NCBI RefSeq assembly: GCF_001412615.1
Contig: NZ_CP013011.1
Location: forward strand, 960,001 to 992,000
Direction: 5' to 3'
DNA length: 32,000 nucleotides
DNA from: Pyrodictium delaneyi
Lineage (GTDB): Archaea; Thermoproteota; Thermoprotei_A; Sulfolobales; Pyrodictiaceae
A program made the position numbers and the translations under genes. How positions within the stretch are numbered: position 1 is the first letter of the stretch; every line of letters begins with the position of its first letter. Shown piece by piece: positions 9,524-16,530 of this stretch. A model generated the notes under the pieces. It worked only from the letters and a program-made list of their open reading frames with translations, did not search any database and had not been told where the DNA came from.

Positions 9524-9754
9524 CTCCTAGTAGAGACTCCTTAGAAACAATGACCCTCCTTAAACCTCGAACTCATAACTAGGATAGATAAACATTATAA
9601 TGGGGCTTATGATGAAATATAAGTGTCACAAGGAAGTAGTTATCCATCAATATCGCTCTGGGGCAACTTCTCCTGGTAGGGATCGATATAAGTTTCAGTC
9701 TTAATAGCTATTCAACGATACATTATTTCGCATAGAGAGAGCTTAAGACGATAT

Positions 9755-9815
9755 GGAGGCTATAGAGCTGGCAGCTCTAACGCGCCGGTTAGGGTTTCCG
9801 GCTGCTATAGCCTCC
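9755..9815. repeat. 61-nt element closed by a perfect 11-bp inverted repeat, with two internal hairpins
   Basis: The outer arms are GGAGGCTATAG (9755-9765) and CTATAGCCTCC (9805-9815). Internal hairpins are AGCT-GGC-AGCT (9766-9776) and GCCGG-N9-CCGGC (9784-9802). A further hairpin CCCGG-ATG-CCGGG lies at 9833-9845. The element sits in an AT-rich intergenic region 53 nt upstream of the TTG start at 9868. Confidence 0.5.
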
Positions 9816-9867
9816 CGAAGAAGCCTTGTAGCCCCGGATGCCGGGTATGTAGAGGTAGATCTTAATC

Positions 9868-10359
9868 TTGAGAGATACTCTTCTAGCCGCCATTGCAGCC
9901 CTAGCACTTGCTAACGTATTGTTCGCTGTAGCTGCATCCATAGCATATAACACCAACCCATTGACTACTGTTAGAAACATATACAATGAGATTGTAGGGG
10001 AGGACGAGCAAATAGATTCGGTTGTACTCGGCTCCGGGAGCTACGCCATATTCGACAGTACTAAGGCTAGTAATCTCCGGGTAACAATTAGGGTATATGT
10101 ATATGCACACTCCTCCTCTGCGAAGCTTTGCAATCTAGTGATACCTGGCGTTGCAAGTATACCGCTTGATGTTGAGCTGCCCAGTGCGACACAGCATACC
10201 AGTGTATCGACCGAGATAACTGTACATTTCCGGGTGGATGGTCTTCCTGCGGATTACGTAGAGAAGGGCATTCTGCCCGTTATTCTGGAGTTCTGTTGCG
10301 GTCATACACAGTATGCAGTGATACCACTTTACTTCTCTAGCGGCTCTATCGTACGGTGA
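9868..10359 (+). CDS. Hypothetical membrane-anchored/secreted protein, paralogue A (163 aa)
   Basis: The TTG start is preceded by GAGGT 11 nt upstream. The N-terminus is a TM segment (LLAAIAALALANVLFAVAASIAY) and the remainder looks beta-rich. It shares LCNLVIP (C88) and EFCCGH (C143) with the convergent neighbour. The gene is AT-rich relative to its flanks. Confidence 0.5.
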   Translation: MRDTLLAAIAALALANVLFAVAASIAYNTNPLTTVRNIYNEIVGEDEQIDSVVLGSGSYAIFDSTKASNLRVTIRVYVYAHSSSAKLCNLVIPGVASIPLDVELPSATQHTSVSTEITVHFRVDGLPADYVEKGILPVILEFCCGHTQYAVIPLYFSSGSIVR

Positions 10360-10819
10360 CCCTAGCATAGTAGATAGAGCCGTCGCAAAGCTTGATGACT
10401 ATATCCAGCTCCGAGTCTATACTATTATACGGCTGCGCCTTCACTTCTATAGGAGCTGGCTTTTCGGAAAGACCGTCTAGAGTAAGCCATGCCGATGACC
10501 CCGGGGTAAGTCTGGCATATAGTTGGATATCCTCATTGATGATTGGTATCTCTATGCCGCATATTTCTACCGCTTCATCTCTAGCACCTACGTGCAGATA
10601 CAGCTCAAGTACATTCAGTAGCGGCATGCCATACAATTGCCTATCTACTACGTGGCTATCGCCATAGATTACGAGATTTGAAGAGTACGGCTTTGTAGGC
10701 GTATAACCGGATGCGATGCTTATATCACCTACATTTATCTCCATACCGATACCCTGGACAAGTAGGTAGATGACTATTAGAGCTACAGCTACCGTCACAA
10801 TCATCAGCGTCACCTTCAT
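10346..10819 (-). CDS. Hypothetical membrane-anchored/secreted protein, paralogue B (157 aa)
   Basis: The ATG is preceded by a strong SD (GGAGGTGA) 9 nt upstream. The N-terminus is a TM segment (LMIVTVAVALIVIYLLV). The motifs ICGIEIP (C87) and KLCDGS (C145) mirror paralogue A. Confidence 0.55.
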   Translation of the reverse strand: MKVTLMIVTVAVALIVIYLLVQGIGMEINVGDISIASGYTPTKPYSSNLVIYGDSHVVDRQLYGMPLLNVLELYLHVGARDEAVEICGIEIPIINEDIQLYARLTPGSSAWLTLDGLSEKPAPIEVKAQPYNSIDSELDIVIKLCDGSIYYARVTVR

Positions 10820-11037
10820 GGATAGCAGTCACCTCCACGCTCTAGTTCGTAGACAGTTCGCAGCAAGTCACGGCATCTACGAGGCAGCAATTCTCGTCCA
10901 AGCTTCTAGTAACCGGTTTGACAGAAGCCCCACTAATATATCTACGCCGTGTAGAGCATATGATTCTTCATATACTGCTTCGGGTATAGCTCCCTTCCTG
11001 GCTGCATATGTGGTTGTAGTAGCCCCGGTGGCCCTCT

Positions 11038-11754
11038 TTGCGTGTCTGCAGCATGTTTAGCGGCGGAAAGGATAGCACCTATGCGCTCCACTGGGCAGTA
11101 CTTCACGGCTTTGATGTATGCTGTCTCTTATCGTTACGACCTAATCGTGGATGGGCTAGTATGCTATTCCATTATCCGGGCATCCAGCTTACAGAGCTCC
11201 AGGCTAGGGCGCTTCGCATTCCCCTCATATCGAGGGAGGCTGGCGAGGACGAGGAGGCAAGCCTGCTAGAAATATTCATGGAGGCGAAGGAGAGAGGGTG
11301 TGAAGCGGTCGTAGCTGGGGCTCTTCTAAGTGACTATCAAAGGCTCCGCTTCGCTGCGGCTGCGGAAGAGGCGGGACTCCGTATCTTTACACCTCTATGG
11401 AGGATCAGCCAGGAGGATTACATGAGAAGTCTTGTACGTGAGGGTTTCAAGGTGATGATTGTTAGCGTCCAGGCCTATGGCCTCCCAGGGTGGCTCGTGG
11501 GGCGAGTTCTAGACGAGGAACTTGTTGAGACCGTGATAAGGCTGGCTAAGAGGTACGGGTTTAACCCAGCCTTTGAAGGCGGCGAGGCCGAAACTCTAGT
11601 CCTTGATGCTCCACTTTTCAGAGAAGAGCTTTGCGTCGAGGGCGTTGTAGAGAGGCTTGGCCCAGACCACTATTTCTACAAGGTTACTCGTGCATGGCTT
11701 GTCCCTAAGGGAGTTATCTCTGACAGAGAGCACTCGGAGTGCGAGGCATGTTAG
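11038..11754 (+). CDS. dph6: Dph6/MJ0570-family PP-loop ATP pyrophosphatase (diphthine-ammonia ligase-like)
   Basis: The N-terminus MRVCSMFSGGKDSTYAL carries the SGGKDS PP-loop. GALLSDYQRLR and TPLW blocks are also present. The start codon is TTG. Confidence 0.75.
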   Translation: MRVCSMFSGGKDSTYALHWAVLHGFDVCCLLSLRPNRGWASMLFHYPGIQLTELQARALRIPLISREAGEDEEASLLEIFMEAKERGCEAVVAGALLSDYQRLRFAAAAEEAGLRIFTPLWRISQEDYMRSLVREGFKVMIVSVQAYGLPGWLVGRVLDEELVETVIRLAKRYGFNPAFEGGEAETLVLDAPLFREELCVEGVVERLGPDHYFYKVTRAWLVPKGVISDREHSECEAC

Positions 11755-12285
11755 CTGGTCTAGTAGCCTCCACAAGGGGTCTACCAGGGCCGGCAAACCC
11801 ATCATCAAGACTCCTGCTGCATATACGCCTTTGTCTATAGGAGTTACTTCATACTTCTCTACTTCTACATGAGCTTCCGGGATAACCTGTACGAGCCAGT
11901 CTATCATAGACGCAAGCCACTCAACTATGCTCCGGACTATGAGGGCTGTAGCTGGCGGCGCTATAATGGAGGCCGCTGCTGCCATCAAAGGGTCTATAGG
12001 TGGCCTGGGCGGTGGTGTCTCAGCTTCTTCAACCCTCTCTACCAGTAGGTGTGCAACGCGCTCCGTGTAGACTGCAGCTGGAAATGATACAGTAGCGGCT
12101 GTTGCCCCCGCAATGAGCCAGGAACCTATGGCTAGGCCAGGCATGTTTAGCAGCAACGCCACTATAGAGGCTATAAAGGCCACCATTGATACTAGAGACG
12201 CTAGCTTGCATGCTTGCCTCACAAGGCCCAGCTGTTGTAGCAGCTTCCCATACAATCTACACCCACCATGCCAGAGTTTTTGCAC
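11596..12285 (-). CDS. Hypothetical membrane protein
   Basis: Two clear hydrophobic helices (LASLVSMVAFIASIVALLLNM, LAIGSWLIAGATAATVSF) are followed by an acidic/Pro-rich linker (EEAETPPPRPP) and further hydrophobic segments. The start is uncertain (GTG at 12285, with internal TTG/GTG/ATG options). The last 53 codons run antisense to dph6. Confidence 0.4.
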   Translation of the reverse strand: MQKLWHGGCRLYGKLLQQLGLVRQACKLASLVSMVAFIASIVALLLNMPGLAIGSWLIAGATAATVSFPAAVYTERVAHLLVERVEEAETPPPRPPIDPLMAAAASIIAPPATALIVRSIVEWLASMIDWLVQVIPEAHVEVEKYEVTPIDKGVYAAGVLMMGLPALVDPLWRLLDQLTCLALRVLSVRDNSLRDKPCTSNLVEIVVWAKPLYNALDAKLFSEKWSIKD

Positions 12286-12338
12286 CTAGCCAGGGCCTTC
12301 TAGTGTCCTCTAGCCGCGCTAAGGGTGTAACGCTATGC

Positions 12339-12563
12339 CTATTCACTGGAAGCTAGATTGTATATAGCGTTGCGGAGCTGAGCAAGTTTGTCATGTAGTC
12401 TTACTATGTAGGTGTAGGCTGCGTAGAGACTTCCCCGGCTGGCCGGCTGCCCGCTACTGGCAGCTGCTGCAATCTCACCTATTGATTCCTCTACGCGCTC
12501 TACTAGGGCCATAGCTTCGTCTAGCAACCGCAGTGCCTCGTCTACTCTGTTGACGCAGCTCAT
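12339..12563 (-). CDS. Hypothetical small helical protein (74 aa)
   Basis: The sequence has a two-helix look (VDEALRLLDEAMALVERVEESIGEI ... YIVRLHDKLAQLRNAIYNL). It lies between the PNP-like gene and the membrane-protein gene on the same strand, with gaps of 34 and 53 bp. Confidence 0.35.
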   Translation of the reverse strand: MSCVNRVDEALRLLDEAMALVERVEESIGEIAAAASSGQPASRGSLYAAYTYIVRLHDKLAQLRNAIYNLASSE

Positions 12564-12597
12564 AGCTTGTATCCCTTACAGCTAACCTTCCTACATC

Positions 12598-13494
12598 CTA
12601 TATCCTCGCGTTAACTTTACTCTTCATTTTCTCCATGTGGAGCGCTAGAGCTTCAAGCAGCGGTTTTAGCAGCTTATCGATACTGTCAAACACTTTCCTA
12701 CGCAGTTCGTCAGACTCATCTTCGAGGTAGGAAGAACCGCGCTCGATACCCTTGGGTAGACTCGACTCTATCACGAGCACTGATGCGGACATAAGCTTTC
12801 TGTTCATCGAGACAGTGAAGAGTGACGCTGTATCCATGTCTACTGCGAGTGCTATTTTGCCGTAGAGCCTGGCTCCATGCTCTAGTAGCTGCTCGTTAAG
12901 GTAGAACGTGTCAAGACTCCAGACAACCCCGGCTACAGTCTTTATGTTATGCACTTCGAGCGACTGCTGTATGTGGCGTAGCAGCGAGTAGTCCGGAATA
13001 GCCGGGACCTCTATCGGTGCATACGTCTTCGACACTCCATCGCCCTTTATAGCTGCTGTTGCCAGCACGACACTACCTATGCCCAAGCTCGGTGATATAG
13101 CTAGACCCGTATCAAGATGCATTATGACACGTGCACCAAGCCTTGAGAGTTCCTCAACAAGTATCGCTAGAGCCGAAGGACCGACCGGCCGGAGGGCTAC
13201 AGAGAGCTCCGCGCGATGGAGACTACCTGTCGCCAGACGGAAACCTGGCCTCCCCGGCCTTTCTACCACGTCGTGTAGAAGACTAATAGCGTTCTCGTAG
13301 ACCTCCTCGAGGCTGGTAACCAGTACATGTGACGACACATCACCTTTACCGGCCTTGGTGAAAGGCTGGATTCTAGGCAATACCCTATGCCCCCGGTATA
13401 TGTGCCCGAGATGAGAGCCGGGAGTAGCCGCTCTGGGTTTATCAAAGCTTCCAGCGAGAAGAGAGAGTACTACAGCTAGCCGGCTTGTCTGCAC
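12598..13494 (-). CDS. Nucleoside phosphorylase superfamily (PNP_UDP_1 fold) protein, divergent active site
   Basis: It aligns block by block with recalled E. coli uridine phosphorylase: HRAEL / WRAEL; [29 protein letters not shown] / GPSTSIAVEELAQLGIRTFLRIGTTGAI; SLDTFY / SSDTFY; VDMDTASL / YEMESATL. I set the start at the GTG at 13494, the first canonical start downstream of the shared TATA box. The maximal ORF (to 13638) would run through the speH promoter and 5' end. Confidence 0.65.
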   Translation of the reverse strand: MQTSRLAVVLSLLAGSFDKPRAATPGSHLGHIYRGHRVLPRIQPFTKAGKGDVSSHVLVTSLEEVYENAISLLHDVVERPGRPGFRLATGSLHRAELSVALRPVGPSALAILVEELSRLGARVIMHLDTGLAISPSLGIGSVVLATAAIKGDGVSKTYAPIEVPAIPDYSLLRHIQQSLEVHNIKTVAGVVWSLDTFYLNEQLLEHGARLYGKIALAVDMDTASLFTVSMNRKLMSASVLVIESSLPKGIERGSSYLEDESDELRRKVFDSIDKLLKPLLEALALHMEKMKSKVNARI

Positions 13495-13523
13495 GACGTA
13501 ACCAGGCGGCGGAGGGGGGTAAC

Positions 13524-13541
13524 TCTTAAAGGTAATTATAG
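13524..13541. promoter_or_regulatory. Shared divergent TATA region (CTTAAAGGTAATTATAG)
   Basis: AATTATA (13534-13540) ends 27 nt before the speH ATG at 13567. Its complement TATAATTA faces the PNP-like gene. Confidence 0.45.
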
Positions 13542-13566
13542 GGGGTGCCCCTCCCCGGTGAGAGCG

Positions 13567-13962
13567 ATGGAGATAACACACGCTATCAGGCCAAGGCCGG
13601 AGCCAGCGCCAGGAGAGCCTAGAGTGTATGGCAAGCATGTATACGGCAATCTCTACAATTGTGATCGTGAAGTACTCAGTAACGAGGAGAGGCTACGCCA
13701 GATAGTCGTAAATGCTGCCAAACTAGGCAACATGACCTTGCTGGATGTCCGCAGCTGGAAGATAGGCGAGGGCGTCAGCATCGTAGCTATAGTCCTCGAG
13801 AGCCACATAACTATACACACATGGCCCGAATACGCTTTCGCCACTGTAGACGTCTATAGCTGCGGCAAGCACACTAACCCGGAGAAGGCATTCGACTACA
13901 TCGCTGCTGCTCTACGTGCCCAGCGCGTAGAAAGAAAGGTCACTACGAGGAACCTAGAATAG
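13567..13962 (+). CDS. speH: S-adenosylmethionine decarboxylase proenzyme (pyruvoyl-dependent, SpeH type)
   Basis: [11 protein letters not shown] and the self-processing site context [25 protein letters not shown] are both present. The track ORF begins at the GTG at 13558. I favour the ATG at 13567 because of its spacing from the TATA box. Confidence 0.85.
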   Translation: MEITHAIRPRPEPAPGEPRVYGKHVYGNLYNCDREVLSNEERLRQIVVNAAKLGNMTLLDVRSWKIGEGVSIVAIVLESHITIHTWPEYAFATVDVYSCGKHTNPEKAFDYIAAALRAQRVERKVTTRNLE

Positions 13963-13968
13963 GAGTAC

Positions 13969-13994
13969 CCAGGGCTAAAACCTCCCTGGTTTTT
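13969..13994 (+). terminator. Hairpin plus T5 tract downstream of speH
   Basis: CCAGGG (13969-13974), a 9-nt loop and CCCTGG (13984-13989) are followed by TTTTT (13990-13994). The element lies in the 79-bp convergent spacer. Confidence 0.4.
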
Positions 13995-14041
13995 AGACAC
14001 CAGCATCATAACCGTAGCCAGGTACCCCTCGCACAGTCCTC

Positions 14042-15082
14042 CTAGCCTAATACTTGTCGTAGAACTTCTGACGCTTGTCGCGCTGCATTACTCCCTACTG
14101 CTAGGTGCTCGCCACCATCTACCACTAGTCTACCACCTGAAACTATTGTCTCGACACGTGGCCTTGAGCCAGAGAGGCTCCAAGGTGCCGCATATTCTGG
14201 CGTCGGCAGCCAGCCGGGGGGCTCCGACACATCGACGACCACTATGTGGGCTGGCCGGCCTTTCTCGTATACCCGGTAGCCTGGTTCGAGGATCTCATGT
14301 AGAGTTTGTGTAAGTGCCCTGTAAACGTCCCTAGGATTCCAGCCATTATGTTGAGCTAGTAGTGCCCAGGGACTAGCGGTGTGAGGATATAGGGGGCCGG
14401 GTACCGCGCCCTCAAGAGGCCTCGGCGAGATAACAATGCTTCTTTCACCGCTCGAGGCCTTTAGCATGCCGGATCTTCTCGTATAGACGAGTTCTGCCTT
14501 CTCGAGAACTACTTCTGGAGGCTCTCTATCCTCACAGACCATTATTCCTACACGTATACGACGTCGGTCAATCCCATATTCCTCTATCTTCTTGACGAGT
14601 TCATTGAAGTCCTGAGTCGGTGCTAGGCTGCAACCATAAGGGTAGAGGACTGCTCCTTCTAGTCCCGAGTCTATTATGGCACGGGCTACTGCATCGATAT
14701 GAGGATCTACCGCTACTACGCGGGTATAGCCATGCATAGAGAGTTCATGGAGAGCCATGAGTGCTGCATAGTATGCCTCACGGCTGCTCATCGAACGTAC
14801 TCGTTCCGCGATTTTGCTCTCTGGATATTCTTGCGGCCTAACATCAACAAGGAGGTGGCGAAAAGGGTACATTTCAAGGAAGACTGCAGGCGCTGCAAAG
14901 CCTGGATATACTACTCGACCGGGCCCCCCTGCTACTAGTTCCGCATACTGCGCCTCCTCAGGAGGCTCGCCGATCCCAATGTAGTTTATAGTTCCGGCAG
15001 AGATGTGTATATAACCGGGTCCTTGGACTGCACCCTTCTCATCGACTATGTATACGTCGTAGAAAAGTATGCGGAGAGGCAT
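14042..15082 (-). CDS. Amidohydrolase-fold protein lacking the HxH metal motif (MtaD/chlorohydrolase-like, degenerate)
   Basis: The N-terminal beta-sandwich pattern is LRILFYDVYIVDEKGAVQGPGYIHISAGTINYIG...GRVVYPGFAAPAVF. The C-terminal pattern is AHIVVVDVS...VETIVSGGRLVVDGGEHL. The usual PG[FL]V.AH.H block reads PGFAAPAVF here. The ATG at 15082 lies about 19 nt downstream of a TTAAAAG TATA element (15101-15107, minus strand). Confidence 0.6.
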   Translation of the reverse strand: MPLRILFYDVYIVDEKGAVQGPGYIHISAGTINYIGIGEPPEEAQYAELVAGGPGRVVYPGFAAPAVFLEMYPFRHLLVDVRPQEYPESKIAERVRSMSSREAYYAALMALHELSMHGYTRVVAVDPHIDAVARAIIDSGLEGAVLYPYGCSLAPTQDFNELVKKIEEYGIDRRRIRVGIMVCEDREPPEVVLEKAELVYTRRSGMLKASSGERSIVISPRPLEGAVPGPLYPHTASPWALLAQHNGWNPRDVYRALTQTLHEILEPGYRVYEKGRPAHIVVVDVSEPPGWLPTPEYAAPWSLSGSRPRVETIVSGGRLVVDGGEHLAVGSNAARQASEVLRQVLG

Positions 15083-15180
15083 TCCTGAACACACCCTATG
15101 CTTTTAACAGCTCCTCCGGTGGATATCCTCCGTGTCAGCAGTACTTATTGTCGCCCCAGAGACATAGCTTGTACATACGT

Positions 15181-15423
15181 CTACTCGGGACATATCCAGT
15201 CTGTAACTATGCGCACCCGGGAGGGGCCACAGAGCGCCATACATGCCAGACATGCCAGACATCTTTCGGGCTCTGCAACGACATGGTCCCTCTCAAACCG
15301 TAGCGCCTCTGTGGGACATACATCGCCACATTCTTCGGAGCTAAGCTCTCCAACTATCTCGATAGATTGTACAACTATGTGGCAGGGCTTCTGCGGCCTA
15401 GCTCTCCATGCCATCCCATCCAT
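15181..15423 (-). CDS. Small ferredoxin-like 4Fe-4S domain protein
   Basis: One complete CxxCxxCxxxC(G)P motif is present (CLACLACMALCGP). A second motif is truncated (ECGDVCPTEAL). The protein is 80 aa. Confidence 0.5.
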   Translation of the reverse strand: MDGMAWRARPQKPCHIVVQSIEIVGELSSEECGDVCPTEALRFERDHVVAEPERCLACLACMALCGPSRVRIVTDWICPE

Positions 15424-15586
15424 TCCCTTAGACTATAGTTTCGTAAGGTTATTCCACTTGCGAGGAATAAGAGAGCCGGGAGTTTAGTGGATGATGCTGT
15501 GTACCCGAGGTCGGACCCGGCGCCACATCACCCCGGAGCGGGGGTCATCTCGTCCGCCGGGCCACCACCCCCAGGAAAGAGGGTTA

Positions 15587-16441
15587 TCATGCTTCGGAGG
15601 TACTTGATTGTTCCTCTTCTCCTGCAAGCTCGGCCTCTAGCATTCTGACTACTGGCTTGAGCTCCTCGACTATGCGGCTCCAAGCCTCGCCAGTTACGTT
15701 TAAGTTGAGTGATAAGGGTGTTATTGCTACAGCTTGCTCTACATGAACCACGTAGACGTCTGAGCCTGGCTCCGGATCCACAAGCGTACCGTATAGCCAG
15801 TAGTACTTCTTCCCGCGGGGATCGTAGAGCACGCTGACCTTCTGGAGGAACTTCATCCGCGCTGCCGGTGCTATCTTGACACGGGTGCCCTGCGTTACAC
15901 GGCGAGGGAAGTTCACGCTGAGAAGATCTGCTCCGGAGGGTATACCGTTCTCCAACACCCACAGCACAGTACGACGTATAATCTTCTTGATATTGTCCCA
16001 CGTTTCCTTGTCTTCTTCAAGCTGGTTAGCCTCATCCACGTTCGCCGAGAATGCTATACCCGGTATACCTAGTAGTGCAGCCTGGGCCGCCGCACCCACA
16101 GTGCCAGACGATAGTATAACCTGGATGCTAGTATTGTCGCCAATGTTTACACCCGATACTACTACATCGAAGCGGGGCGAGAACTCCTCTATAGCAAGGT
16201 ATATGACGTCGCTCGGTGTACCGTTAGTCATGTACACATCTACATCGCTCCACAGCTTCACCTTCATTATACGAAGAGGCTTATGCAATGTTATGCCTAG
16301 GCCACTGGCGCTCTTCGGCGTCTCCGGTGCTAGGACATAGACCTTACCTAAATCCTTCACTGCTTCATATAGTAATCGGAGCCCAGGACTATGAACGCCA
16401 TCATCGTTCGTCACTAATATCTTTGGTGAATCGTGAGACAT
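15587..16441 (-). CDS. surE: 5'/3'-nucleotidase SurE
   Basis: KILVTNDDGVHSPGLRLL and SGVNIGDN are present. The ATG at 16441 is preceded by GAGGTG 10 nt upstream, whereas the track ORF starts at the GTG at 16450. Confidence 0.9.
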   Translation of the reverse strand: MSHDSPKILVTNDDGVHSPGLRLLYEAVKDLGKVYVLAPETPKSASGLGITLHKPLRIMKVKLWSDVDVYMTNGTPSDVIYLAIEEFSPRFDVVVSGVNIGDNTSIQVILSSGTVGAAAQAALLGIPGIAFSANVDEANQLEEDKETWDNIKKIIRRTVLWVLENGIPSGADLLSVNFPRRVTQGTRVKIAPAARMKFLQKVSVLYDPRGKKYYWLYGTLVDPEPGSDVYVVHVEQAVAITPLSLNLNVTGEAWSRIVEELKPVVRMLEAELAGEEEQSSTSEA

Positions 16442-16530
16442 TGCTTCCACACACCTCTCCCGTTCAGTACGACAATCTAACAGCTATGAGAAGAGATATT
16501 CAGTCAAGGGCTCGAAAGCCGTAACACACT

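Noticed and set aside
9609-9615. Perfect C-box-like ATGATGA in the AT-rich intergenic region (possible C/D box sRNA)
   Set aside because: There is no CTGA D box or internal C'/D' pair within the following 70 nt. Other TGATGA occurrences in the window fall inside coding regions.
9600-9704. 34-aa ORF MGLMMKYKCHKEVVIHQYRSGATSPGRDRYKFQS in the intergenic region
   Set aside because: It has no Shine-Dalgarno site or properly spaced TATA box and no recognisable fold or motif. An ORF of this length is easily produced by chance in AT-rich sequence.
9789-10368. Minus-strand ORFs 9789-9986, 9901-10110 and 10135-10368, as alternatives to paralogue A
   Set aside because: The plus-strand product shares its architecture and two Cys motifs with the neighbouring paralogue B, and it has an SD site. 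The minus-strand translations show no such support.
15098-16001. ORFs 15098-15487 (+) and 15528-16001 (-)
   Set aside because: The first is antisense to the ferredoxin-like ORF, which has real Cys motifs. The second runs out of frame through surE. Both translations are Ser/Arg/Pro/Gly-rich shadow sequence.
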